From contig CAXXXD010000002.1 in the NCBI GenBank assembly GCA_963663385.2, forward strand, positions 768,001-832,000: a stretch of 64,000 nt of DNA, read 5' to 3'. The notes beneath the pieces are model-generated. The model had not been told where the DNA came from, did no database searches, and saw only the letters and a list, made by a program, of their open reading frames with translations. Position numbers and translations under genes: made by a program. Source of the stretch: Oceanispirochaeta sp. Lineage in GTDB: Bacteria; Spirochaetota; Spirochaetia; DSM-2461. This document shows, one piece after another, positions 37,512-47,074 of this stretch (its first letter is position 1; every line of letters starts with the position of its first letter).

Positions 37512-38579
37512 CTAGTCCTTCACCCGTCCCAGACCAAGCATTTTCAGCATCCATCTGGGAAGGGCCTTCTCCGGATCCCTTTTCTGCAGGTTCAGATACC
37601 AGTTCCACTTTTTCAAAATGGGGATCTTGTGGGTCTCCACAAATTCGATCAGGGTACCGTCCGGATCTTCTATATAGGTAAAACGTCCGGCCGCCTCTCC
37701 CATATCAAAAGAGTTCCTGCTGTCCACTGTAAAAGGGTAGCCCATGGCATTCAGTTTTTCTCCCAGACCGTCCATATTATAAATATCAAAGCAGAGATGG
37801 ATAAAACCGGCGTCTCCCCAGTAGCGGCCTTCGAATACTTTCCCAGGAGCTCGGTCCAGGCTCTGTATCAGTTCTATGCTGCTGTAGCCGAACATCTCCG
37901 CAAAAGCCCCTTTCCTGGGTTCCGTGTGGGTCAGAAGAACTCTCCGGAATGTCCCGTCTCCACCGGGAAGGGCTGCAAGATCCTTAAAACAACCGGTCTG
38001 ATCGTAGGCAATAACCGGAAAACCCAGGGCTTCCCGATAGAGAGGCAGGACCTTGTCTATATCGCCGACCCCTACGCTGGCGCCGCAGGGACCGCCGGTC
38101 AAGCCGGGTTTTCCGTAAAAGTCGTCTCTTTGAGTCTGGACAATATCAAAAATGTTCCCGAAGGGATCCCGGACAAAGAAGTGCTCCATCCCTGCAGGAT
38201 CCTTCATAATGCCGCCCGGCAGGTCCAGTCCTTCATCACTGTAAAAGGCATAGGTCCTTTTTACATCGGGTGATTTGATTTTTCCTGTAAGAATGCCCAG
38301 GTCTCCGATCTTCAGAGGCTCCGCTGGAGAGGCTGTTTTCCGGCTGGTATACTGCCATATTTCAAAACCGCTCCCGCCAGTCAGGTTCAAAGCCAGAACC
38401 GCATCCCGCCCCTGCACCTTGTTACCCGTATACTGTGTCATCAAAGGGGCATCCGCTGCCTCCTGAAAGACAGGAATATCCATTCCAAAGTATTTTCTGT
38501 ACCACTCCCAGGCTTTGTCCCGGTCGGCTACTCCAATCCCAAGCTGCTGAATCCCGCTGATTATAATGCTCATATTCAT
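37512..38579 (-). CDS. VOC (glyoxalase/bleomycin-resistance fold) protein with tandem domains
   Basis: IQQLGIGV, FEIWQY, FFVRDPFGN, GFIHLCFDI, YIEDPDGTLIEFVE. Confidence 0.8.
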   Translation of the reverse strand: MNMSIIISGIQQLGIGVADRDKAWEWYRKYFGMDIPVFQEAADAPLMTQYTGNKVQGRDAVLALNLTGGSGFEIWQYTSRKTASPAEPLKIGDLGILTGKIKSPDVKRTYAFYSDEGLDLPGGIMKDPAGMEHFFVRDPFGNIFDIVQTQRDDFYGKPGLTGGPCGASVGVGDIDKVLPLYREALGFPVIAYDQTGCFKDLAALPGGDGTFRRVLLTHTEPRKGAFAEMFGYSSIELIQSLDRAPGKVFEGRYWGDAGFIHLCFDIYNMDGLGEKLNAMGYPFTVDSRNSFDMGEAAGRFTYIEDPDGTLIEFVETHKIPILKKWNWYLNLQKRDPEKALPRWMLKMLGLGRVKD

Positions 38580-38712
38580 CTTCCTTGTTCCGTGATTTGA
38601 TTTGGAGGGAAGTCCTCTGTCGTCTGTTCCGGGAGAGGCTCCATGAGAATCTGTAAATTATTGTATTCTTATTATGTCAGAAAATAAAGAAGATTCAATT
38701 AAGAGAAGCCAT

Positions 38713-39726
38713 CTAGTCAGGCTGGTAGTCCCGGCGGCTTTTAAGCATTCCCATATACTCACGGAATACCTTCTGGTAGCTGTCAAAACTGTCGGAATGG
38801 ACCATTTTATTACGGATTTCCGAAGAACCGGGCAGTCCTTTGGTGTAAGCGCACATCTGTTTCTTCATCTCGTTGACGGCTGTGGTTTCATTCTTGTAAC
38901 CGACAGCCAGTTTCAACTGCCTGAATGCTGTATTCATTTTTTCCGCAGGGGTGGGAGGAGGGAGGATTTCGCCTGTCTGCAGGTAGTGCTTTATTTCCCT
39001 GAATAGAAATGGGTTGCCAATAACCCCGCGGGCCAGCATTACACCGTCAATCCCCGTCTCTTCCAGAACCTGCTTTACTGCCTCGGGTGAAAACATATCC
39101 CCCGATCCCAGTACGGGAAGGTCTCCCATAGCGTCCTTCAGTTTTTTCAGGTGATTCCAGTCTGCAGTTCCCCCGTATCCCTGGCTCCTTGTGCGTGCAT
39201 GCATGCAAACCATGGCCGCACCGGCTCTGACAGCTTTTTCCGCTGCTTCAAGGAAGTTCAGAGTATTGGCGTCCCAGCCTGTGCGGATTTTAACAGTTAC
39301 CGGTATATCCGTATTATCCTTCATGGCTCTTACAATAGCCGCCAGGTTGTCCGTATCCCGCATCAGGGCTGAACCGGCACCGGATTTGATGATTTTGGGA
39401 ACGGGACATCCGCAGTTCAAGTCTATAACAAGGGGTTTATACGGGTTCACTTTTCTTACCGCTGCGCCGGCTGTCTCCGGACTGCCGGCAAAAACCTGAA
39501 CAGCATAGTACTCCTCAGAGTCGGCTTTTTCCAGCAGACCTTCCGTCTTCTCGCTGTTCCTGACCAGGGCCTCGCAGGATACCATTTCCGTATAGGTCAG
39601 ATCGGCGCCCATTTCAAAACAAACGGACCGGAAAGCCCGGTCCGTATAGCCGGCCAGAGGCGCCATGAATATATTCCCGGGCACACTGACGGATTCAATT
39701 TTTATCGGGTGATGCAGAGAACTCAT
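38713..39726 (-). CDS. dusB: tRNA-dihydrouridine synthase B
   Basis: APLAGYTD, DLNCGCP, VTVKIRTGWD, HART, ARGVIGNP. Confidence 0.9.
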   Translation of the reverse strand: MSSLHHPIKIESVSVPGNIFMAPLAGYTDRAFRSVCFEMGADLTYTEMVSCEALVRNSEKTEGLLEKADSEEYYAVQVFAGSPETAGAAVRKVNPYKPLVIDLNCGCPVPKIIKSGAGSALMRDTDNLAAIVRAMKDNTDIPVTVKIRTGWDANTLNFLEAAEKAVRAGAAMVCMHARTRSQGYGGTADWNHLKKLKDAMGDLPVLGSGDMFSPEAVKQVLEETGIDGVMLARGVIGNPFLFREIKHYLQTGEILPPPTPAEKMNTAFRQLKLAVGYKNETTAVNEMKKQMCAYTKGLPGSSEIRNKMVHSDSFDSYQKVFREYMGMLKSRRDYQPD

Positions 39727-40499
39727 TCTATACCGAACAGATTCCTTGCGTTATCGTAAAGCGCCTGATAAACCTCTTCCTCCGGTTCTTCCCTCAGGTA
39801 GGCAATGAAGTCGGCTGTAGAGGGCAGGTACATGGGTTTGTTCCGTTTTCCCCTATAGGCGGCAGGAACCATAAACGGGCTCTCGCTTTCTATGACAATC
39901 CTGTCCAGAGGGAGGTAGCGAACCGTATCGTGCAGATTTCTGGCATTCCTGTATGTTACGTTTCCCGCAAAAGAGAAATACATATTTTCATGCTGGCTCA
40001 GGATCTTCCTGGCATACTCCCAATCCTCTGAGTAGCAGTGGAGCACACCGCCCTTCGAAGGCATCCTGGTACTCAGAATTTCCTGAATATCCTTTCCCGC
40101 GTTTCTGTTATGTATGATTACGGGTTTATCGTTCTGATCTGCAATTTCCAGCTGCGCGATAAAGAGTTCCACCTGGGAGCTCTTATCTCCGAATTTGCGA
40201 AAATAATCCAGGCCCGTTTCTCCGAGAGCTACAACTTTATTCATCTGAAGTCCCTCGGATATCTTCTGTTCCCAGTCCGGTCCGGGATTCTGTACTTCAG
40301 AAGGGGATACTCCTATGGCAAATACAACATTGGATGCTGAAGACAGGTTATTGTAAAGATCAAAGAAATCATACAGGTTGTTACATATACTCATTATATA
40401 TGAGACATTTTCCTGACGCGCTTCCTGAGTTATTATAAGTTGTTCAATAGGGTCTTCATGAATCAGACCTATATGGGCGTGAGTATCAAAATACTGCAT
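39723..40499 (-). CDS. tatD: TatD-family nuclease
   Basis: DTHAH, GETGLDY, IIHNR, VLHCYS, IESESPF. Confidence 0.88.
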   Translation of the reverse strand: MQYFDTHAHIGLIHEDPIEQLIITQEARQENVSYIMSICNNLYDFFDLYNNLSSASNVVFAIGVSPSEVQNPGPDWEQKISEGLQMNKVVALGETGLDYFRKFGDKSSQVELFIAQLEIADQNDKPVIIHNRNAGKDIQEILSTRMPSKGGVLHCYSEDWEYARKILSQHENMYFSFAGNVTYRNARNLHDTVRYLPLDRIVIESESPFMVPAAYRGKRNKPMYLPSTADFIAYLREEPEEEVYQALYDNARNLFGIE

Positions 40500-40896
40500 G
40501 GGGTACCGCTTTTATCTGGGATTAGAAAGATTATAAAATCTTCTACATGTTTATCATAACAAACATGGCAAGTCAATAATATATAATGCAGGCTGGCTGC
40601 ATTAAACCCTTACACCTATTATTACGTCATTTCTCTGTCAAAACAAGAAAAAAGAGGAATTCTTTTGATATTTTTTTTATACATATTATAAAAACGGGAT
40701 TTCTATAATATTTCTAACAGAAAATCAGGGTTTCCTTATAATAGAATTGAGAATTTTACTTATCAGGTGTATAATCTGTATGTTTCTAAAGGATCTAAAC
40801 TGCCTTGACGGCCATTTCACGATTTTCATCTTGTCTTACTCTTTAGAAATAGTGTAGATTGTACGAAAATAAAATATCAGTGTCCAAGGAGTTTTT

Positions 40897-41913
40897 GTGG
40901 CGGGCAGAAAAGGGCGCCGTTCCAAATCCGGTAGTTCAGGCGGGTTTTTTGGAAGGTTTATCCAGTCAGGACGGCAGAAGATTACTATTATGCTCATTCC
41001 TCATTCCGAGAAAAGGGTTTTTAATTTTCAAATTTCCCTGTTTGCGCTCTCTTTTGTAAGCGTTCTCCTTGTTTCCCTTATTGTCACATTTATCTGGCTT
41101 ACAGCCGATTTTTCCGGAACAAATGATCTTCTTGCTTCCCGCTCCCAGGATCTGGAGCATAGTGAAGCCAGTCTTGAAATACTGCGGGATGAAGTAAGCG
41201 AACTTATTAATTCCACCGATAATTTTCAGAACACCCTGGTCCAGACTATGGGCGTGCTGGGTCTGGATTCGGCTGTTCGTGAAGGAATGGTATCCAGCGG
41301 GGGCGATCTGACATCTTTTTTCAATGTGGAACAATCCGAAAGCGGTTCCCTGAGCGAGACTATTGAGCTTCAGAAGCTGAAAACATCCCTGGATAATTCC
41401 ATTACATCCCTCAACGAAATAGGTCAGGTTCTGAACAGTCAGAAGGAACTGCTTTCCGATATACCATCTCTCTGGCCTCTCAAGGGGGTGCAGGGGCATG
41501 TTACTGCTGTATTCGGTCCATCCATTCATCCGTTTACCGGCCAATGGTATCTGCATAAGGGACTCGATATTGCCTACGGGTATGGCGTCCCCATCGTTTC
41601 TACAGCAAATGGAAAAATTATCGAAGTGGGAAATGATGAAAAGGGTTATGGAAATTATGTGGTTATCCGCCATAAATACGGTTTCTATACTAAATATGCC
41701 CATATGCAGAGGATGTATGTAAAACCCGGTCAGGAGCTCTCTCAGGGGGATGTTATCGGGACCATGGGTAATACTGGGCTTTCAACCGGTCCCCACCTTC
41801 ATTATGAAGTCCGTATCGGAGCCCAGGTCGTCGATCCTACCAAATATATTAATATGACCGACAAGAGTGATGTCTTTACCAGGGTTACCCGAAATCTTCA
41901 GAAATATAAATAA
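40897..41913 (+). CDS. M23 family peptidoglycan endopeptidase with TM and coiled coil
   Basis: AAGGAG RBS + GTG; HKGLD, YAHM, STGPHLHYEV. Confidence 0.9.
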   Translation: MAGRKGRRSKSGSSGGFFGRFIQSGRQKITIMLIPHSEKRVFNFQISLFALSFVSVLLVSLIVTFIWLTADFSGTNDLLASRSQDLEHSEASLEILRDEVSELINSTDNFQNTLVQTMGVLGLDSAVREGMVSSGGDLTSFFNVEQSESGSLSETIELQKLKTSLDNSITSLNEIGQVLNSQKELLSDIPSLWPLKGVQGHVTAVFGPSIHPFTGQWYLHKGLDIAYGYGVPIVSTANGKIIEVGNDEKGYGNYVVIRHKYGFYTKYAHMQRMYVKPGQELSQGDVIGTMGNTGLSTGPHLHYEVRIGAQVVDPTKYINMTDKSDVFTRVTRNLQKYK

Positions 41914-41931
41914 TCTCAAAAGGTACATCTC

Positions 41932-42351
41932 ATGAGCGACTATCTTAAAAGCCATTCTTTTATAAACTCAATAATCGGAGAAGGAACCAGGTTCAGCGGA
42001 GAGCTGGTCCTGGACGGTCTTCTCAGGATCGACGGAGACTTTTCCGGAAGTATTGAAACTACCGGTAAAGTTCTGGTTGGAAAAAGCGGACGGGCGGAAT
42101 GTAATATTATTGCCGGTACCGTTGTTGTAGGCGGAATTGTCCGGGGAAACATTTATTCATCAGGGAAAGTTGTCATCCTTTCAACCGGTATGGTTATCGG
42201 GAATATTCATGCTCCCCGTATGGTCGTTGAAGAGGGGGTCCTCCTGCATGGAAACTGCCGTATTGTCAACGAGAGCGATAATCAGGATAAAGTCAAGGTA
42301 CTAAGTCCTGCCGGATCCTATTCAGTTGAATGGGACAAGTCGAGGGAATAG
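41932..42351 (+). CDS. Bactofilin (polymer-forming cytoskeletal protein)
   Basis: SIIGEGTRFSG, LRIDG, VVGG.V.GNI beta-helix repeats. Confidence 0.9.
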   Translation: MSDYLKSHSFINSIIGEGTRFSGELVLDGLLRIDGDFSGSIETTGKVLVGKSGRAECNIIAGTVVVGGIVRGNIYSSGKVVILSTGMVIGNIHAPRMVVEEGVLLHGNCRIVNESDNQDKVKVLSPAGSYSVEWDKSRE

Positions 42352-42357
42352 GTATAT

Positions 42358-42858
42358 ATGGACAAGCTGGGGATCGTCGGGAGCGCTATGGTTCCCCATC
42401 CGGAAAAGCGGTCCGGTAAAAAAGTGGAAAAAGAGAAATCCCGCGGGGTTTCATTCAAGAGCCGACTGGTTAAGAGCAGTGATGAAGTTGAGTATGCTGC
42501 CAGTGGGATGGCAGCGGGTGGCTTAATCGGAACGGAAACAACAGAAGAACTGCTGGACGAAGTGTATCAGCTGGGAGAACTCCTGAAAAAGGACCCTTCT
42601 TTTTCCGCATTGAAAAAGTATAAGAATTCTGTAAAACGTTTTTATAAATATGTAGTGAGTCACAGCCTGGAAGCGGACCGTGTAAATGGTCGTCTCAATC
42701 CGAGAACCATGTCACGAAAACAGTACACACTTATTTCCATCGTTGATGAGAAGCTGGAGCGCCTCGGGGCTTGTGTATTAAAAAATCAGAAGGATCAGCT
42801 GGACATTTTAAAAAAGGTGGATGAGATCTATGGCATCCTGGTTGATCTGAGACGGTAG
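42358..42858 (+). CDS. YaaR/DUF327-family protein
   Basis: LLDEV...G..L...P....YK..VK.F pattern; C-terminal VDEIYGILVDL. Confidence 0.8.
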   Translation: MDKLGIVGSAMVPHPEKRSGKKVEKEKSRGVSFKSRLVKSSDEVEYAASGMAAGGLIGTETTEELLDEVYQLGELLKKDPSFSALKKYKNSVKRFYKYVVSHSLEADRVNGRLNPRTMSRKQYTLISIVDEKLERLGACVLKNQKDQLDILKKVDEIYGILVDLRR

Positions 42859-42916
42859 GCAAGGGTTTCTGAAGGCGTTAGAGCGCCGCCAAATGCAAAT
42901 TAAGGAGCTGTTCAGT

Positions 42917-43819
42917 ATGAGTGCTGACAAACATAAAGACCACCAGAAGTCCGGTGGCGGTCCTCTGGATCCTTCCCAGTATCCGGGGGGGCTGTTCAGG
43001 GCAAAGATCCCTCATTCCAGTGAAACCGAAATTATAACGCCTCCCGAGGGAGAAGCTTATCAGACCGGAGACCAGGTTATCATTAAAACCCGCTACGGTA
43101 ACGATATGGTAACTGTTCTGGGACAATTCAGTGATTATTCCCATATCCGGAAAGGGGATATAAGGGCTGTCGTGCGTCGTGTGAGCGAAGATGACCTGAA
43201 AAAGGCTGAGTCTCTCAGAACCAAGGAGGATGATGCCTACCGTATCTGCCGGGAAAAAATCGATAAACATAAACTGGAAATGGCTCTTGTATCAGCTCAC
43301 TACCTTCTGGATGAACCAAAGGTTATGTTCTTCTTTACAGCGGAGAACAGGATCGATTTCAGAGAGCTGGTAAAGGATCTGGTTTCTATTTTCAAGATGC
43401 GCATAGAGCTCCGTCAGATTGGGGTTCGGGATGAATCCCGGGTTCTGGGAGGGCTGGGGGTCTGCGGCCGGGACTACTGCTGTCATGGGCTGACGGATCA
43501 TCTGAGTCCTGTTTCCATCAAAATGGCGAAAGAACAGAATCTGTCTCTGAATTCCATGAAGATCTCCGGCCCCTGCGGACGGCTTCTGTGCTGCCTTTCC
43601 TATGAATACGACTATTATCAGGAAGAGAAGAAAAAGCTCCCTTCAGAGGGAAGCCGTATACACTGGGATGGCACTACTTTTAAGGTTGTAGAGGTAAATA
43701 TCTTTTCAAAGAAAATTAAATTAACCGGAAATGACGGCCGTTTTCTGGATCTTTCCACTGCTGAAGTGGAATATGATAAGGAATCCAAAGGGTGGACGTT
43801 AAATCCTGTAGAAATTTAG
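42917..43819 (+). CDS. ricT: PSP1-domain Fe-S regulatory protein RicT (YaaT)
   Basis: RIDFRELVKDL, RIELRQIGVRDE, GVCGRDYCC, KISGPCGRLLCCL; start placed after AAGGAG. Confidence 0.85.
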   Translation: MSADKHKDHQKSGGGPLDPSQYPGGLFRAKIPHSSETEIITPPEGEAYQTGDQVIIKTRYGNDMVTVLGQFSDYSHIRKGDIRAVVRRVSEDDLKKAESLRTKEDDAYRICREKIDKHKLEMALVSAHYLLDEPKVMFFFTAENRIDFRELVKDLVSIFKMRIELRQIGVRDESRVLGGLGVCGRDYCCHGLTDHLSPVSIKMAKEQNLSLNSMKISGPCGRLLCCLSYEYDYYQEEKKKLPSEGSRIHWDGTTFKVVEVNIFSKKIKLTGNDGRFLDLSTAEVEYDKESKGWTLNPVEI

Positions 43820-43829
43820 ACTTGTCTTG

Positions 43830-43859
43830 TTGACAGTCTTTACGTATCTTTGTTAATAT
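43830..43859 (+). promoter_or_regulatory. Sigma70-type promoter
   Basis: TTGACA at 43830-43835; extended -10 TGnTAATAT ending at 43859. Confidence 0.6.
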
Positions 43860-43888
43860 CCATCTGCTAATGAAATAAGGAGTCGAAT

Positions 43889-44062
43889 ATGGCAGGAGTT
43901 AGTAAGAACGCCCGTATCGGTTCAGGAACACATAAGTTTTTCTGTAATGACTGCGGTGGTGAAGTGAAGATGCGGTCAATTTTTTCCAACGGTCGGATGA
44001 AACATCTCTGCGAATGCGAGAAGTGTAAACGTCAGGAAAGAAGACCCAGCGATTTCAAATAA
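43889..44062 (+). CDS. 57-aa basic zinc-ribbon protein (candidate ribosomal protein); not in ORF track
   Basis: TAAGGAG RBS and own promoter; MAGVSKNARIGSGTHKFFCNDCGGEVKMRSIFSNGRMKHLCECEKCKRQERRPSDFK. Confidence 0.85.
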   Translation: MAGVSKNARIGSGTHKFFCNDCGGEVKMRSIFSNGRMKHLCECEKCKRQERRPSDFK

Positions 44063-44111
44063 ACTGAATTCGCTTTTATTGTAGATTCCTTTCGAAGAAT
44101 CAAGTTAAGTC

Positions 44112-44141
44112 TTGACACTACGGAAGGTTATCTGTTATTTT
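44112..44141 (+). promoter_or_regulatory. Sigma70-type promoter of rpsT
   Basis: TTGACA at 44112-44117; TGnTATTTT ending at 44141. Confidence 0.55.
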
Positions 44142-44181
44142 CAACAAACTGAATTTTGATAATTATGGGGAGGTAAAGACA

Positions 44182-44445
44182 GTGCCTAATTCTAATGATG
44201 CTGCAAAAAGACATCGTCAGAGTCTTAAAGCAAGAGCGCATAATCGTTCTATTAAAAGTACTGTCCGAACCAGTATTAAATCTTTTGAAGCGGCTGTAAA
44301 AAACCATGACAAGGCCGAGGCCGAAGCAACATTTGCTCGGTTCGTAAAACTGATTGATACTGCTGCGGGCAAGGGATTGTATCACAAAAACACGGCAGCC
44401 AGAAAGAAGTCCAGGCTTCATAAGGCTTTAGCCAAACTGGCATAA
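44182..44445 (+). CDS. rpsT: 30S ribosomal protein S20
   Basis: GGAGG RBS + GTG; AKRHRQS..N...[20 protein letters not shown]. Confidence 0.95.
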   Translation: MPNSNDAAKRHRQSLKARAHNRSIKSTVRTSIKSFEAAVKNHDKAEAEATFARFVKLIDTAAGKGLYHKNTAARKKSRLHKALAKLA

Positions 44446-44481
44446 TAAAGAAAATCAAATCTATATCTATAGAGAAGAGAT

Positions 44482-44784
44482 ATGACAGAGAATAAGCTAA
44501 CTAAGGCTGAAATCATTGAACACATCTATGATGAGTCTGGTATCAGCCGGAAAGATATTCACAATGTGATCGATTCTTTCTTTGGAGAAGTAAAAGACGC
44601 TCTGGAAGATGACAGAGTAGTAGAGCTTAGAGGTTTCGGAACTTTTGAGATCCGGACAAGAAAAGGCCGGGAAAAAGCCCGGAATCCTAAAACCGGAGAA
44701 ATTGTACCAGTGGAAAGCCATGGTGTAACAGTTTTCAGACCGGGTAAGGAATTGAAAAAACTGGCATGGCCTTTGCGGAAGTAA
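44482..44784 (+). CDS. HU/IHF-family DNA-binding protein (Hbb-like)
   Basis: LTKAEI, VELRGFGTF, ARNPKTGE, FRPGKELK; follows rpsT as in Borrelia. Confidence 0.92.
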   Translation: MTENKLTKAEIIEHIYDESGISRKDIHNVIDSFFGEVKDALEDDRVVELRGFGTFEIRTRKGREKARNPKTGEIVPVESHGVTVFRPGKELKKLAWPLRK

Positions 44785-46433
44785 CCGGAAGGACCATAGC
44801 TTTCAAGAAGCGGAAAGATGCTGCGATTATTGCAAATTTTGTATTGACCGTACTTTCCGCGGTTGTTTTTTCTCTGGCTTTTCCAGGATTGCTAAGTGAA
44901 AAGGGAATGCCTTTAATGGCATTCCTTTTTTTTATCCCTCTTGTACAGGTTCTGAATCGATGTTCATGGCCCGGGCTGTTTATCTATGCCTGGATACATG
45001 CCTTTGTCAGCTATGCCCTATTTAATTTCTGGCTGGCGGATTTTCATCCTCTTACCATAATTATTGTTCCCCTTATCTATGTAGGGTACTACACCCTGCT
45101 GTTTCCTCTGCTGAAAGCAGCAGCTCTGCTATGGCCCCGTTCAGGTTTCCTGTTGCAGGCTTTAATCTGGACATCTTATGAATTCCTTAAATCCAAAGGA
45201 TTCCTCGGTTACTCATATGGAACAATCGGTTCCGCCTTTTATGAATGGCCGCTTCTTGTGCGCAGCTCTTCCCTGACCGGGATTTGGGGGCTCTCTCTGC
45301 TGGCCGTTCTGTGCGGTGCATGGATTGGAAATGCTTTTAATTTTTCAAAAGTATGCAGGAGTCTTAAGATCTGGTGTTTCTACCAGAAGGCCGGTATCGG
45401 AATTGTTCTGTATGCTCTTATCCTTGTTCTGTACGGTGCATTTTCAATCGTTGATTATTCAGAAGCTCCCCGCTATGATATTGCTCTGACACAACATAAT
45501 GCCGATTCCTGGAAAGGCGGATACAAGGCTTTCCGGGATAACTATATTTCCCTGCGGGACCTTAGTCTGGAAGTACAGGAAAAACACAACCCCGATTTGA
45601 TTGTATGGCCGGAAACCGCCTTTGTCCCGACTATCTTCTATCATAAAACCTACAGGCAGAATGCCTCCTCTCTCTCTCTCGTTGAGGATCTGGAGAGGTT
45701 TCTGTCCACTCAGGCTGTTTCCTACCTGCTGGGTAACGACGATGCCAGAAAGGAACCGGCTCCAGACAGCGGAGAGCTGGTGAGGGTTGATTACAATGCC
45801 GCCCTGTTTTATAAAGGCGGAGAGTGGAAAGATCAGTATAGAAAAAAGCATCTTGTTCCTTTTACAGAACACTTCCCCTATAAAGAAAGATTCCCTCTGA
45901 TTTATCAGATGCTGCTGGATGCGGATACCCACTTCTGGAAACAGGGAGACAGTTTTAATCTTATTGATACGGGACAGTACAGAATCGGGACTCCTATCTG
46001 TTTTGAAGATACATTTGGATATATAAGCCGTGAGTTTGTAAGGAAAGGGGCGGATATTATTGTCAATCTGTCAAACGATGCCTGGTCCGGTTCGGTTGTT
46101 GCAGAAAAGCAGCATTTTATGCTGAGCGTATTCCGGGCTGCGGAAAACAGACGGTCTATGGTGCGAAGCACGAATACCGGTATAACCGCATGGGTCGACC
46201 CCAATGGGGTCATTCAGGATGAGCTGCCTCCCTTTGTCTCAGCAGTAATGGTTGCCTCTGTTCCTGTGTACAACGATACCGTTACGCTGTATACCCTGTG
46301 GGGGGACTGGTTTGCCTGGGTCTGTCTTGCAGGTGCTTTTGCCGGTTTATCAGCCGGATTGGTCCTAAGATTGACAATAAGGTTAAGAAGTAGGAAAATA
46401 GAAGTGCAGGTATGCAACAGGGGGCCGGAATGA
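44766..46433 (+). CDS. lnt: Apolipoprotein N-acyltransferase
   Basis: TM region plus nitrilase triad VWPE, YRKKHLVPFTE, PICFE; SNDAW, RSTNTG. Confidence 0.92.
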   Translation: MAFAEVTGRTIAFKKRKDAAIIANFVLTVLSAVVFSLAFPGLLSEKGMPLMAFLFFIPLVQVLNRCSWPGLFIYAWIHAFVSYALFNFWLADFHPLTIIIVPLIYVGYYTLLFPLLKAAALLWPRSGFLLQALIWTSYEFLKSKGFLGYSYGTIGSAFYEWPLLVRSSSLTGIWGLSLLAVLCGAWIGNAFNFSKVCRSLKIWCFYQKAGIGIVLYALILVLYGAFSIVDYSEAPRYDIALTQHNADSWKGGYKAFRDNYISLRDLSLEVQEKHNPDLIVWPETAFVPTIFYHKTYRQNASSLSLVEDLERFLSTQAVSYLLGNDDARKEPAPDSGELVRVDYNAALFYKGGEWKDQYRKKHLVPFTEHFPYKERFPLIYQMLLDADTHFWKQGDSFNLIDTGQYRIGTPICFEDTFGYISREFVRKGADIIVNLSNDAWSGSVVAEKQHFMLSVFRAAENRRSMVRSTNTGITAWVDPNGVIQDELPPFVSAVMVASVPVYNDTVTLYTLWGDWFAWVCLAGAFAGLSAGLVLRLTIRLRSRKIEVQVCNRGPE

Positions 46434-46651
46434 TCTCTGAAGAAAAACGAAAAGTTCTTGAATTGTTTGCAGAGGGAAGAGAACTCTACAAAAAGAGAAG
46501 TTTTTCCGATGCCATGAAGAAGTTTGCAGAAGCTCTGAAGATGGATCAGGATGATGGACCTTCGAAAGTATACTATGCCAGATGCCGTATGTATCTGGAA
46601 AATCCGCCTCCTCCCGAGTGGGACGGCGTATTTACAATGAAAACAAAATAA
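46430..46651 (+). CDS. Small TPR-like protein
   Basis: ATGA overlap with lnt stop; F..G..LY.....F..A...F..AL..D..DGPS, PPP.WDGVF. Confidence 0.75.
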   Translation: MISEEKRKVLELFAEGRELYKKRSFSDAMKKFAEALKMDQDDGPSKVYYARCRMYLENPPPPEWDGVFTMKTK

Positions 46652-46669
46652 ATAGAAAACAGGAAAATC

Positions 46670-47074
46670 ATGACATTACCTAAGGATATAGAATCAATTT
46701 CGACCATATTGGGCAGTGAGACTGTCTTTAAAGGGACGATGAAGTTCAGTAAACCTCTTAAAATTGATGGAAAATACGAGGGGCATATAGAATCTTCGGG
46801 CTTTCTCTATATTGAGGAAGGAGCTGAAGTGCGGGCTGATATTAAAGTCGGTTCCATTGTGGTAGGCGGAATAGTATACGGGGATATTGAAGCGTCGGAA
46901 AAACTCGAAATGCTGGCAACCGGGCAGGTTGTCGGAAATATCCGTACTTCCAGACTGAAAATAGCCGACGGAGTCCGTTTTGAAGGCAAATGCGATATGA
47001 TCAGCGACCATGAAAGCGTCGATGTTTTTTCAGCGCCGGTCGCTCAGTTGAAACAGGATTATAATGAGCTCTGA
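46670..47074 (+). CDS. Bactofilin (second copy)
   Basis: TILG..TVFKG, LKIDG, VVGG.V.GDI, V.GNI. Confidence 0.9.
   Translation: MTLPKDIESISTILGSETVFKGTMKFSKPLKIDGKYEGHIESSGFLYIEEGAEVRADIKVGSIVVGGIVYGDIEASEKLEMLATGQVVGNIRTSRLKIADGVRFEGKCDMISDHESVDVFSAPVAQLKQDYNEL

Noticed and set aside
37292..38273. ORFs 37292..37681, 37348..37608 and 37440..38273
   Set aside because: They read through palindromic repeats and/or overlap the VOC gene in other frames; no coding signature
38576..38644. 22-codon minus-strand ORF ending at the VOC start
   Set aside because: No RBS and no informative composition; cannot be supported
40500..40896. Replication origin or ncRNA in the AT-rich spacer
   Set aside because: No DnaA-box cluster or recognisable RNA structure; explained by divergent promoters
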